A stretch of DNA of 64,000 nucleotides from Candidatus Krumholzibacteriia bacterium (GTDB lineage: Bacteria; Krumholzibacteriota; Krumholzibacteriia; JAJRXK01): positions 512,001 to 576,000 of the forward strand of contig JBGPIA010000001.1 of the NCBI GenBank assembly GCA_041484665.1, given 5' to 3'. Shown here one piece after another: positions 18,728-28,845 of this stretch. The translations under genes and the position numbers were made by a program. Under the pieces are notes generated by a model, which saw only the letters and a program-made list of their open reading frames with translations, was not told the DNA's origin and did no database searches. Every line of letters begins with the position of its first letter. Position 1 is the stretch's first letter.

Positions 18728-19933
18728 TTATTCGTACCTTATGGCGTCGATCACGTCGATGTGAGCTGCCTTCAGCGCCGGGTACAGCCCCGCCACGATC
18801 CCCACGCCGGCGCAGATCAGGAAGCTGTATCCCACCCATTGGTAGGGGAAGGCCGCGAGCTGGGGAAGCGTGAAGCGCCCGGCCAGCGCCCCGCCGGCGA
18901 CGCCGATCACCCCACCCAGGATCCCCAGCACCGCCGACTCGATGAGGAACTGCCGCAGGATGTCGCCGCGCTTGGCGCCGATGGCGCGGCGCACGCCGAT
19001 CTCCCGGGTGCGCTCCACGATCGTCACCAGCATGACGTTGGCGATGCCAATGCCCCCTACCACCAGCGACACGAATGCGATGAACAGGATCAGGCGGGCG
19101 ACCTCCTGGTTGGTGTCGCGCATCGCAGCCAGGAACGTGTCTTGCTTGCGGATCCCGAAATCGTTGGGCTGATCGTCGCGCAGGCGGTGATTGGAGCGCA
19201 GCGTGCTCTCGATGTCGAAGAAGGCCTCCTGGATCGCGCCTGGGTTCTTCACCTGCGCCCAGAGCATCGACACGTAGTCGGCGCCGAACAGGCGCTGCTG
19301 CGCCGTGGCCAGCGGCACGAACACCTGCTCGTCGGGATTGCGGAAACCGCTGCCCTTCGGCGGCAACGTGCCGACCACCGTGAAGCGCAGGTCCTTGATC
19401 GTGATCGTGCTGCCCACGGCGCCGCCGTTGGGGAACAGCTCCTTCACGACGTCGGAGCCGAGCACGGCAAGGCGCTGGCCACGCATCGCCTCCTCCTCGG
19501 TGAACCAGCGTCCCTCGGCCGTGATGTACTTGTTGACCTGCTCGTAATCGGGCAGCGTGCCGGTGATGCGCGTATTCTGGTTGAGATCCTGGAACTGGAC
19601 CTGCGCGTTGCCGGAGTACTCGGGTACGACCGCCGCGATGACCTTGCTGCGCGCCAGGATGTCGCGCCCATCTTTTTCGGTGAGGTTCTGCCAGCTCACC
19701 CCCGCGCTGACTCCGCCGTGCATGTGCGCGCCGCCGGGGAAGACCAGCAGGACGTTGGCGCCCAGCGACTCCAGCTGTGCACGGATGCGGGCCTGGGCCA
19801 CATCGCCGAGCATGACCACGTAGAGCACCGCGGTGATGCCCACGGCGATGCCCAGCAGCGTCAGCACGCTGCGCAGGACGTTGTGTCGCAGACTGTCGAC
19901 GGCGACGGGTAGGTCGCGCCAGAACGTCCTCAT
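18728..19933 (-). CDS. MacB-like ABC transporter permease (no ATPase domain)
   Basis: RSVLTLLGIAVG, VGGIGIANVMLVTIVERTREIGVRRAIGA, QFLIES, GLYPA. Confidence 0.92.
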   Translation of the reverse strand: MRTFWRDLPVAVDSLRHNVLRSVLTLLGIAVGITAVLYVVMLGDVAQARIRAQLESLGANVLLVFPGGAHMHGGVSAGVSWQNLTEKDGRDILARSKVIAAVVPEYSGNAQVQFQDLNQNTRITGTLPDYEQVNKYITAEGRWFTEEEAMRGQRLAVLGSDVVKELFPNGGAVGSTITIKDLRFTVVGTLPPKGSGFRNPDEQVFVPLATAQQRLFGADYVSMLWAQVKNPGAIQEAFFDIESTLRSNHRLRDDQPNDFGIRKQDTFLAAMRDTNQEVARLILFIAFVSLVVGGIGIANVMLVTIVERTREIGVRRAIGAKRGDILRQFLIESAVLGILGGVIGVAGGALAGRFTLPQLAAFPYQWVGYSFLICAGVGIVAGLYPALKAAHIDVIDAIRYE

Positions 19934-21141
19934 CGCGGTCCGCCCCCGGGCGGGCGCGCGCCCCCGCTGCTGCCGCTTCCGGTGACGTTGAACGGGCGGT
20001 TCTGCCGCATGCGGTCTTGCATCTGTTGCTGATCCGCGAACGCGCGGCTGGCCAGCGCCACCTTGAGCTGGTCGCCCTCCTTGATCCCGTCCAGCACCTC
20101 GACGTCGGAGCCACTGTGGATGCCGACTTTGATCGCGCGCTCCTCGAAGCCCGCGGGGGTCTTCACCAGCACCGTGCGCTCTTCGGTTGGGCCGCGCGTG
20201 CCGGGCGGCAGCGCCTGCAGCGCCTCGGCGGGCGCCAGTAGCGCCTCGTCCTTGCGCAGGAGTTGGACCGTGACATTGCAGTTCATCCCGCTGCTCAGGA
20301 TCCCCTCGGGGTTCTCCACCTCGATCAGGGCGTCGAACTGCGTCACGTTCTGCACGACCTTCGCCTCGGGCGCGATACGCACCACCATGCCGGTGAACTG
20401 GCGCTGTGGATAGGCGTCGGCCAGGATATCGGCCTTCATGCCCACGCGGATGCGGCCGATGTCGATCTCGTTCACGGCCGCGGTCACCTGCACGCGGGAC
20501 ATGTCGGCGATGGCCGCGATGAGGGTGCCCCCGCTGACCGAGCTGGTGGCGGAGCTGATGATCTGCCCCTTCTCCACCGCCTTCTGCAGCACGATCCCGC
20601 CCTGGGGAGCGCGCACGGTGGTGTCATCGAAGCGCTCTTGCGTGCGCTCGGCCTCGGTCTGCGCCCGCAGCAGGCTGGCGCGGGCGCGGGCCGTGGCCAA
20701 CGCCGAGTTGTCCAGGTCCACCTCGCTCACGATCTTCTTGTCGAACAGCTCGCGCTGGCGCTGCTCCTCGCGTTCGGTCTGGCGCAGCTCGATCTGGGCG
20801 ATCTCGAGGTCGGCCTTGGCCCGCGCCAGGTCGGCGCGGGCATCGGTGGCGTCCAGCCGCGCGATCAGCTCACCGCGACTGATGTGCTGTCCCTCGACGA
20901 TGGGCAGCTCCAGCACCTCGCCGGAGGCCTTGCTCTTGATCTCGACGCGGTTGACGGGCTCCACCACACCGGTCGCGTTGACGGACAGCTCGAGCGGGCC
21001 GCGCCGCACCGTTACCAGCCGGTACGAGTCGTCACCACCGGAGTTGTCATCCCCCTTGGCTCCCGTATCCTGCGCCCGCCAGACGCCGATGCCTCCGCCC
21101 ACCACCACCAGCGCTCCGGCCAGGATCCACCATCGTTTCAT
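19930..21141 (-). CDS. MacA-like periplasmic adaptor (membrane fusion protein)
   Basis: ATGVVEP..VEIKSKASG, helical hairpin, VRAP.GGIV, VNEIDIG. Confidence 0.9.
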   Translation of the reverse strand: MKRWWILAGALVVVGGGIGVWRAQDTGAKGDDNSGGDDSYRLVTVRRGPLELSVNATGVVEPVNRVEIKSKASGEVLELPIVEGQHISRGELIARLDATDARADLARAKADLEIAQIELRQTEREEQRQRELFDKKIVSEVDLDNSALATARARASLLRAQTEAERTQERFDDTTVRAPQGGIVLQKAVEKGQIISSATSSVSGGTLIAAIADMSRVQVTAAVNEIDIGRIRVGMKADILADAYPQRQFTGMVVRIAPEAKVVQNVTQFDALIEVENPEGILSSGMNCNVTVQLLRKDEALLAPAEALQALPPGTRGPTEERTVLVKTPAGFEERAIKVGIHSGSDVEVLDGIKEGDQLKVALASRAFADQQQMQDRMRQNRPFNVTGSGSSGGARPPGGGPR

Positions 21142-21287
21142 GTCGTCGTCCCCCGTGGCTCGAAGGTTCGGCGCCTGGACCCGAGCCGGCGCGCAGCCAA
21201 ATCAGGAGGGTGCAGGCTTTGGGTCAGGCCAGCGCGCGGCTGCGTCGTGCCTCCGCGCGCCCCGTATCAGCTTGCGCACGGCCCGTG

Positions 21288-22586
21288 TCAAACCGGCGCG
21301 CCGGGCTCCCAGCGCAGATCCAGCGGCCCGAACACCTTCGCCGGAAAGACGCACGGAACCACTCCCAGCAGGAACTGCCGGCGCTTGTATTCATGATGGT
21401 TGCGGTAGTCGCGGCTGTGCACCGTGGCCAGGAAGCTCTCCATGGTGAAGATTTGCAGCTCGACCCCGAACAGATATGGCTGCGCTCCCTCCCCGTTGTC
21501 ACCCGGATAAAGGATGTCCACGTCCTCCTTGAAGACGTGGAAACCTTCGGCGCTGAACCGGTTGAGCTGGGAGCGGTCCTGGGGATGGCGGAACGTGTCC
21601 ACCTGGTTGCGGAAGGAAAATGGTCCGCCCAGGACCTGGTGGAGGAGGTCGGCCAGCCGGTAGACCTCCGGCTCGCTGCGCACGATGAACTTCGCGCCAA
21701 GGATGTCGGTGATATCCACGGGATTGTTGATCCCCTTGCGCAGCATCTTGGACAGGATCGAAGCGGAGCGGTGGCGCTCCATCCCCGGGTAGCGCTGCCG
21801 CTCGTCCACTTCGTAGTCGTGGCGCCCGGTGTCGTAGTCGTACCCGGCGCTCTCCTTCTTGAAACGCGTATCGAAGTGGTAGATCTCCAGATCGTAGGTG
21901 CCGCCGGGCAGATCGCGCACGATGCGCTGCACGTGGAAGTGCCAGCACTCGACGCCGTTGCGCAGCGCGCGGACGTCTTCCACCAGGCGCAGATCTCCGC
22001 CGGAGAGGTCGTAGCAGAGCTCGTTGTCGTGCTGCTCGACGACGTGGCGCCATAGCTCGCGGTCCAGCAGCTCCAGCAGGTAGCGCCGGTGCCGCGGGCC
22101 GTCCTGGATGACGCGCGTGTGGTCGATCTGGATGAGCAGCTTGGCCAGGTAGAGCTTGCGCTGCACCTCGAAAACGCGGCGGTGGTCGCGGGTGGCGAAC
22201 AGCATCTCCACCAGGCGGCGCAGGTCGTTGGACGCCTCGACCTCCGGATCGGGCCGGCAGTGGTCGCGGTATTCGGGCGGCAAGAGCGTCACCAGATCGC
22301 GCACGTAAGCGCTGGCGTCGTGGAGGTAGCTGGCCAGGATGCGCTCGTTGACCTCCGGCGGATGCTCCCGTCCCAGCGGATGGAGCAGGCGGTTGAGCAT
22401 CTGCTGGTAACGCCAGCCGTGTCGGATGTACTCGCGGAATAGCCGGGCGTACGAGCGCAGGGCCGCGCGGTCGTTGCGTGGCAGGTCGGGGTCCAGGAAT
22501 GGGTGCGCGGAGTAGTCGGGTGCGGTTGCAGCGACCGGCTGCGGCGGCCGCACGGGTGCGGAAGCCGTCGTGATGCGGTCGGCCAT
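21288..22586 (-). CDS. RelA/SpoT-synthetase-like nucleotidyltransferase, resembling the TIGR04552 family
   Basis: SILSKMLRK, DITDILGAKFIV, FGVELQI, HHEYKRRQ. Confidence 0.65.
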   Translation of the reverse strand: MADRITTASAPVRPPQPVAATAPDYSAHPFLDPDLPRNDRAALRSYARLFREYIRHGWRYQQMLNRLLHPLGREHPPEVNERILASYLHDASAYVRDLVTLLPPEYRDHCRPDPEVEASNDLRRLVEMLFATRDHRRVFEVQRKLYLAKLLIQIDHTRVIQDGPRHRRYLLELLDRELWRHVVEQHDNELCYDLSGGDLRLVEDVRALRNGVECWHFHVQRIVRDLPGGTYDLEIYHFDTRFKKESAGYDYDTGRHDYEVDERQRYPGMERHRSASILSKMLRKGINNPVDITDILGAKFIVRSEPEVYRLADLLHQVLGGPFSFRNQVDTFRHPQDRSQLNRFSAEGFHVFKEDVDILYPGDNGEGAQPYLFGVELQIFTMESFLATVHSRDYRNHHEYKRRQFLLGVVPCVFPAKVFGPLDLRWEPGAPV

Positions 22587-22643
22587 GCGCGTGCAGCCCT
22601 CCCGGGCGGGAACCGTCGGGACCTCTAGCGGATCAACACCCGT

Positions 22644-24968
22644 CTAGCGGGTCAACACCAGACGGCGGGAGCTGGTTCCGTCGGGGGTCACCAGTGCATA
22701 GAAATAGGCACCGCTGCCGACCGCAAGTCCATTCTGGTCGCGGCCGTCCCAGTGGGCCTGATGCTCGCCAGCCGGGAGCTCTCCGTCCACGAGCACCCGC
22801 ACCAGTCGGCCCTGCGGGTCGTAGAGCGAAAGCCGCACCCGGGCTGGGTGGGGGAGGTCGAAGAGAATGGTGGTGCTGGGGTTGAACGGATTGGGGAAGT
22901 TCTGGCCCAGCGCCGGCCGCTGCCGGGGAGCCGGCCCGCCGCCCGCGACGGCATAGACCGTGGCGCTGGCCAGGGCGTCGCCGCCCTGGACTGGCACGAG
23001 CAGCTGGTAGGCGTAGGTGCGACCGGGCTGGACGGCGCGGTCGAGCGCGCTGCCACTGCCGCCGCGATCGTCGATGGGCAGCGCCAGCGGCACCAGGCGC
23101 GCAACATCGCCCACGGCCTGCACCACGGCGCGCTGGACCCGGACCGCCGAGGCAGCGAGGTCGCCGGACACGCGCCACTCCAGCCGGATGCCGTCCGATT
23201 GCGGCTGTGCCGTGAAGCTCTCCAGGGCAACCGGAAGGGGCAGTGCGCTGCCCCGGCCCTCGATCAGCCGGTAGAAGTGATCCGCCGACACGCCCGAGAA
23301 CACCTCTTCCGCCCCGCACGGCCAGCGCACTCGCACCTCCGTGATCGCGGTCACCTGACCCAGCCCGAACTCCACATCCAGGCTGTTCTGGCTGAGGTAG
23401 CTGCTGCCGGCCTCGATCTCGCGCATCTGCGTCGTGCCGCCGGCCGTGAGGTAGACGCGCGCACCGATCGCGCAGCGGTTGCAGCCCAGGCCCGGCTGGT
23501 GCTCGCCGCCGCCGATGAGCTTGAATTCAGCCCAGTGGTTGCCGCTGTCTTGATCGTTGCGGTAGAGCTGGCAATGCCCTTCGTAGAGCGCGGCCCACGG
23601 AGCGACGAGCGGATCGAAGAAGCTGTTGTTCGTGACAGCCACGTCGAGATCGCCGTCGCGGTCGAAGTCGGCGGTGGCGAGTCCTCGCCCCATGTTGGTG
23701 TCGGCAAACGCGGCCGCGAGGCTCACGTCGGTGAAGGTCCAGTCGGGCGCCCCGCTGTTCAGGTAGACCTTGTTGGGGATGCCGGTCGGCTGGTTGTTTG
23801 TATAACCGTTGACGAAGCCGCTGGCGAAGATCAGGTCGAGGTCACCGTCGTTGTCGAGGTCGCAGAAGTCCGCCCCCCAGCAGTTGAGCCCCCACTTGAC
23901 GCCCTTCTCCACGGCGCGATTGGTGAACCGCCACCCGCCGCCGACCTGGGGGCCCTGGTTCTCGTAGAAAGCGTTGCCGTTGTAGATCGTGGTGTAGATG
24001 TCGAGGTAACCGTCGTTGTTGTAATCGCCGACCGCCACGCCCATGTCCATGCTGTACGGGTCGGCGCTGGAGGCACCGCCGGCGACCTTGTACGTTCTGG
24101 CCACCTCCACGAACGTGAACCCCGCAGCCCGCCCCTGGTTCTCGAAGAGATAGTTGGGCCCGAAGTCGTTGGTGACGTAGATGTCCAAGTCGCCGTCGTT
24201 GTCGAAGTCGAGGAATACGGGCTGGAACCCGAATTCCTGGTGGCCGACGGGCAGGTCGCCCGTGCGCTCGAAGAAGTCGCCCGAGAGGTTATGGAACAGC
24301 TGGTCGGGTTGGTCGAGGTAGTTCGCGACGTAGAGGTCGACGTAGCCGTCCTGGTCGTAGTCGCCGAACGCCACGCCCATCGACTCCGGCTGGATCGGCT
24401 GGCCGGCCGGCAGCAGCGGGTCCAGCCCGAAGTGCACCGATTGCTCCGACAAGACGTTGCCTCCGCCAACGAAGAACTGGGGTTCGGCGAAGAAGTTCGC
24501 GATGGCGAGGTCGAGCGTCCCGTCGTTGTTCACGTCAGCCAGCGCCAGCCCGTCGGCGACGCGACTGGTGGCCACGCCCCAGGCCTGCGAGACGTCGGTG
24601 AACGTCCCATCGCCGTTGTTGAGCATCAGGTAGTTGTGCGCCGGCGTGCCCGCCCGATTCTTGATGCTCCCGTTGACGACGATCATGTCCGGCCAGCCAT
24701 CGTCGTTGACATCGGCCCAGGCCACGCCGGGCCCGAAGGCGTCCGGCCATTCCTGCGGGTCGCAGGGGTCGGGGGAGCAGGGCAGGAGGAATCCGCGGGA
24801 GTCATGGGTCAGCGTCATGGGCTGGCCCTGGCCGTCCTTCAAGGCGCTAGCGGAGATCTCACTGAAATGGAGCGATGCCGCAGCCGGTGGCGACGCCAGA
24901 AGAAAGCAGACCACCACGCTGAGCACGGGCGCCACTCGAGCGGCGCGCGGGGCGAGCAACTTCAGCAT
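22644..24968 (-). CDS. Secreted FG-GAP repeat/ASPIC-UnbV (CRTAC1-like) protein with C-terminal FlgD-Ig/PNPFNP domain
   Basis: Repeated DxDxDGxLD loops, AIGARV..GSSYLSQ..FGLG..VRWP, NFPNPFNP tail. Confidence 0.88.
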   Translation of the reverse strand: MLKLLAPRAARVAPVLSVVVCFLLASPPAAASLHFSEISASALKDGQGQPMTLTHDSRGFLLPCSPDPCDPQEWPDAFGPGVAWADVNDDGWPDMIVVNGSIKNRAGTPAHNYLMLNNGDGTFTDVSQAWGVATSRVADGLALADVNNDGTLDLAIANFFAEPQFFVGGGNVLSEQSVHFGLDPLLPAGQPIQPESMGVAFGDYDQDGYVDLYVANYLDQPDQLFHNLSGDFFERTGDLPVGHQEFGFQPVFLDFDNDGDLDIYVTNDFGPNYLFENQGRAAGFTFVEVARTYKVAGGASSADPYSMDMGVAVGDYNNDGYLDIYTTIYNGNAFYENQGPQVGGGWRFTNRAVEKGVKWGLNCWGADFCDLDNDGDLDLIFASGFVNGYTNNQPTGIPNKVYLNSGAPDWTFTDVSLAAAFADTNMGRGLATADFDRDGDLDVAVTNNSFFDPLVAPWAALYEGHCQLYRNDQDSGNHWAEFKLIGGGEHQPGLGCNRCAIGARVYLTAGGTTQMREIEAGSSYLSQNSLDVEFGLGQVTAITEVRVRWPCGAEEVFSGVSADHFYRLIEGRGSALPLPVALESFTAQPQSDGIRLEWRVSGDLAASAVRVQRAVVQAVGDVARLVPLALPIDDRGGSGSALDRAVQPGRTYAYQLLVPVQGGDALASATVYAVAGGGPAPRQRPALGQNFPNPFNPSTTILFDLPHPARVRLSLYDPQGRLVRVLVDGELPAGEHQAHWDGRDQNGLAVGSGAYFYALVTPDGTSSRRLVLTR

Positions 24969-25362
24969 GTGCACCCTTCCGTCGCGGCGAGGTCAGACGG
25001 GGAACCGAGGGCGCCTCGTCCGGGGGTGCGGGGCCCGGAAACCAACCGTCGAGACTGAGGGAGGATACCACGTTCGTGCAGCCGCCCACAAGGCGGGTGG
25101 GAAGTCGGTGTGCGACGGCGCGCGGCAGCGGCAGGCAGTCGGGGAGAATGGTGGGGGCGGCCCGCCTCGGCATGCGACCACCCGGTCTCGCCTTCTGTGG
25201 TTGCGGTGGTGCTGCTCGTCGCGGCCGGGCCCTGCCCCCTCTGCTGCAGGTATCGGCTGCGGATGATCGGAACTTGACCGGTGGACGACGGTAGCGTGCT
25301 GGGTCCCGGTTCGGGCGCGGCCGCACCATCGTGGAGCGGCGTGCCGAGCGCCCCGGCCACGC

Positions 25363-26043
25363 TCAGGGCAGCGTCTCGCGCTGGAAGCGCGCGCAACCCT
25401 CCCCCCGCAGCTCGACGGTCCACAGCCCGTCGAAGCCTTGGATGCCGTCGCCCCATGATTCCTTGACGATGCCAAGCTGCTCGTCGCACGCGTGCGTCGC
25501 CCCCAGGGCGCGCAGCATCATCGGGATCGTGTTCGCGTGGCCAACGACGAGCACCGCGCGCGCGGGGCCCGCATGCTGAGCCAGCAGCCCGCTCAGGAAG
25601 CTGCTCACCGCGGCGGTGTCGGTGGTGGCTGCCGAAGCACTCAGCGGACAGCCCACCTGGAGCGAAAGCGGCAGCCCAGTGGCGAGCGCCCGCGTCGTGG
25701 GGCTGGCGTACACGGCGACGATGCCCTTGTCGGCAAGCCGTTGCGCCAGCCGCTGCGCGCGCTCCGTTCCCGCCACACTGAGCGGCCAGTACGCGTCGAG
25801 CTCCTGCTGCTGCGGCCAACCGTCGAGTTTCTCGGCGTGGCGAACCAGGTAGATGCGCTCGAGGGCCAGGGCGGGCAGGGGGATCGCAACGGCCGTGAGC
25901 GCCAGCACAGTCAGCGAGGTCAGGATGGCCCGGTCCGGCTGGACCGCTGCGAGCGGCCCTGCGACGCAACGACTGCGCGCGATCACGGCGCGCCAGACGT
26001 CCCGCAGACGCGTCCCGGGGCTCGCGCATCTTCGCGCCTTCAT
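25363..26043 (-). CDS. Histidine phosphatase (SixA/PGAM superfamily), probably exported
   Basis: YLVRHAEK, SPTTRALAT, VVGHANT; ATGA overlap with the DPP-IV stop. Confidence 0.85.
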   Translation of the reverse strand: MKARRCASPGTRLRDVWRAVIARSRCVAGPLAAVQPDRAILTSLTVLALTAVAIPLPALALERIYLVRHAEKLDGWPQQQELDAYWPLSVAGTERAQRLAQRLADKGIVAVYASPTTRALATGLPLSLQVGCPLSASAATTDTAAVSSFLSGLLAQHAGPARAVLVVGHANTIPMMLRALGATHACDEQLGIVKESWGDGIQGFDGLWTVELRGEGCARFQRETLP

Positions 26044-28523
26044 GGCTTGCCCTCCGTTCCTGCAGCCTGCGCGCCCGCGGGTGCGAGCACCCGATTGAAG
26101 AAGTCGCGCAGCAACGTGTAGACGTGCTCCTGGGCGTCCTTGCCCTCGATTCCGTGGGTCTTGTCGGGATACATCATTAGCTCGAATTGCTTGCCCGCCT
26201 GCTGCAGTGCACCGGCCATGCGCAGGGTGTTCTGCACGTGCACATTGTCGTCGCCCGTACCGTGGACCAGCAACAGCTTGCCGTACAGGTCCTTGGCGTA
26301 GGTCAGCAGCGCTCCGGCGTCGTAGCCGGCGGCGTTGTCCTGCGGCTGGCCCATGTAGCGCTCGGTGTACACCGTGTCGTAGAAGCGCCAGTCCACAACC
26401 GGCGCCACGCTCGCCGCCGCCGCGATCGCCCCCTTCGACCGCAACAGCGTCAGCGCGCTCAGATAGCCGCCGTAGCTCCAGCCCCAGATCGCGATGCGCT
26501 GCGGGTCGACGTACGGCAGGCTGGCAAGGTAGTGCGCGCCGGCGAGCTGGTCCTCCACCTCGAGCTGGCCCAGCCGTTTGTAGACCTGCTGCATGAACTC
26601 GCGCCCGCGGCCGCCCGTGCCCCGGTTGTCCAGCAGGAAGACGATGATCCCGTCTGTGGCGAGCGCTCGGTGGAACAGGTAGCGCTTGCCGCCCCACCTG
26701 TCGCCGACGATCTGCGAACCGGGACCGCCGTAGCAGTAGATCAGCGCGGGGTAACGCTTCGTCGCATCAAAAGCCGGCGGAAGGATGATCTGCGCGTTCA
26801 GTTCCGAGCTTCCTCCCGCACTTCCGACGCCGTCGTCCCCGACGGTGGCAGCGCCCCCTGCGGGCACGGTGAGAAAGCGCGTCTCGCCCACGGCAATGCT
26901 GTCCAGATCGGCCATCGAGTTGGGCTCGATCACGCGCACCAGCGAGCCGTCGATCCGGCGCAGCAGCATGCGGGGGCGTTGCGCGACGCTGCTGACGGTC
27001 TCGATGAAGTATCGGCCATCGGGCGCGACATCGGCCTCGTGCCAGCCGCCCGGATCACAGATGCGCTTGGGCTCACCCCCCTCCAGTGGAACCAGATCGA
27101 GCTCGCGCGTCAGCGGCCCGCCGCGGGTGGATTGGATCAGGACGGCGCCGGCCTTTTCGTCGACCTGGTAGATCGCGGTGACCTCCCAGGAGCCTGAGCT
27201 GCGGTGTGGAGGACCCAACGTCCCACAGTGGACGTAGAGTCGCCGCAAGCCGTCGCCGTCGCTCGTCCCTACCCAGCATCTCCCGCCGTGGAGGAACTTG
27301 AGGTTCTCCGCGATATCGATCCAGGCGACCGAAGAGTCGGCCCGCACAGTGACCCGGAATGTGGCTGGGGCGGCTTCGCGCGGCGCCGGGTTGGCCAGCT
27401 CGACCAATTCCAGCCGGGCTTGCCGCCGATCAAGCCGCTGCCAGATGAGTGATCGGCCCTCGCCGGTGAACTGCACGCGCGGAATGTAGCCATCCGCACT
27501 CGAGACATGATCGACGCGGTGCAGCTGCGTGCCCGATTCCGTGTCGACGACCAACAAATCGACCGATGCGTTTGCGGTCCCAGGCTTCGGATAGGGCAGA
27601 TCCTCGCGCTCAGGGTATGGCCCGTCCCGCACGCGGACCAGGGGGTAGGTCTGCTCGGCCGACGTATCGAAGCGCAGGTACGCGATCGAGCTGCCGTCTG
27701 GCGACCACCACCATGCCTCCTCCATCTCGAACTCTTCCTCGTAGACCCAGTCCGGGTCGCCGTTGCGCACGTGCTCGGCGCCGTCGGTCGTCAACGCCCG
27801 CGCCTCGCCCCCGCAAGACGGTGCGACGTAGAGGTTGTTTGCGACGACGAACCCAACTTGCGATCCATCGAGCGAGAATTTTGCGTGGAGCGCAGGCGAG
27901 CGCTTCGGCTGCGCGAGGGGGTGGAGCGTATGGTTCTTGAGGTCGTACACGTAATACACCGCCGTGTGCGAGCGGCGCCAGCGCTTCCTGCGCAGGGTCT
28001 CCAACAGCACGAAGCGGGCGTCCGAAGACACTTCGTACCCGTCGACGTTCAGCGATCCGTCCACATCGAGCGCCGTGCTGTCGGTGCGCGCGGGGCCCGT
28101 GACTGCCGGCGCCGCCGTACAGGCCGTGGCGGCCGTGGAGCTCGTCGCAGCGGTCGATTGCGTGGCGGTCCCGGCCCACGCGAGCGCGAGGTCCGCCGCA
28201 CGCAGCCACGTTGCCGTCTTGCCGGTCCGGACGTCGGTGCGGATCCAGTTGCCCTCTCGTCCGGCCACCTTCTCGCGAGTGAGATAGGCCTTGCCCCCCT
28301 CGATCCAGGTGATCTTGGGCAGCGACGCTCCGTCGTGGCGCTCAGTGCCGAAGAGGTCGTGCAGGGTCAGCTGGCCCGACGGCGACTCCGTCGACGTCGT
28401 CCCTGCGGATGCCGCAGCGTCAATGCTGCGGGCGCCCGCCAGGACGGCCGTCCGATCTGGGGCGGCAAGCAGCGCCACGGGCGGGACCAGTGCGAGCACG
28501 AGGATCGAGCGTAGGATGTTCAC
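26040..28523 (-). CDS. Dipeptidyl peptidase IV (S9B), secreted
   Basis: NGDPDWVYEEE, YPKPG, GWSYGGY, YDTVYTERYM, HGTGDDNVH; GTG start with GGAG. Confidence 0.93.
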   Translation of the reverse strand: MNILRSILVLALVPPVALLAAPDRTAVLAGARSIDAAASAGTTSTESPSGQLTLHDLFGTERHDGASLPKITWIEGGKAYLTREKVAGREGNWIRTDVRTGKTATWLRAADLALAWAGTATQSTAATSSTAATACTAAPAVTGPARTDSTALDVDGSLNVDGYEVSSDARFVLLETLRRKRWRRSHTAVYYVYDLKNHTLHPLAQPKRSPALHAKFSLDGSQVGFVVANNLYVAPSCGGEARALTTDGAEHVRNGDPDWVYEEEFEMEEAWWWSPDGSSIAYLRFDTSAEQTYPLVRVRDGPYPEREDLPYPKPGTANASVDLLVVDTESGTQLHRVDHVSSADGYIPRVQFTGEGRSLIWQRLDRRQARLELVELANPAPREAAPATFRVTVRADSSVAWIDIAENLKFLHGGRCWVGTSDGDGLRRLYVHCGTLGPPHRSSGSWEVTAIYQVDEKAGAVLIQSTRGGPLTRELDLVPLEGGEPKRICDPGGWHEADVAPDGRYFIETVSSVAQRPRMLLRRIDGSLVRVIEPNSMADLDSIAVGETRFLTVPAGGAATVGDDGVGSAGGSSELNAQIILPPAFDATKRYPALIYCYGGPGSQIVGDRWGGKRYLFHRALATDGIIVFLLDNRGTGGRGREFMQQVYKRLGQLEVEDQLAGAHYLASLPYVDPQRIAIWGWSYGGYLSALTLLRSKGAIAAAASVAPVVDWRFYDTVYTERYMGQPQDNAAGYDAGALLTYAKDLYGKLLLVHGTGDDNVHVQNTLRMAGALQQAGKQFELMMYPDKTHGIEGKDAQEHVYTLLRDFFNRVLAPAGAQAAGTEGKP

Positions 28524-28845
28524 AGCGAGCTCTCCCGCCCAGTGGCCGCGCCAGCTCGGACGGCCGGCCACGCGGCCCGGCGTGGCATCCCGGGCGTGCC
28601 CTCCCGGGGGCAAGCCACGCGGCGGCCGAGCGGTTGACCCGGGTAAACCGTCAGCATCTTGACGCGCGTACCCGGGTGCACATTGCTTCATAAATATTTT
28701 CTGGACAATCGGTTATCGGTCCCGAATCCACGGGACGCTTCCGGCGCGCGCCCGCCGGCCGACGCGCTGGCGGCTGCGAGTCTGCTGCTGCGCGGGCGCC
28801 ACTGGCAAGCGCCGGCATCGTCGACAGCGCCGGCAATCGCCGGCG

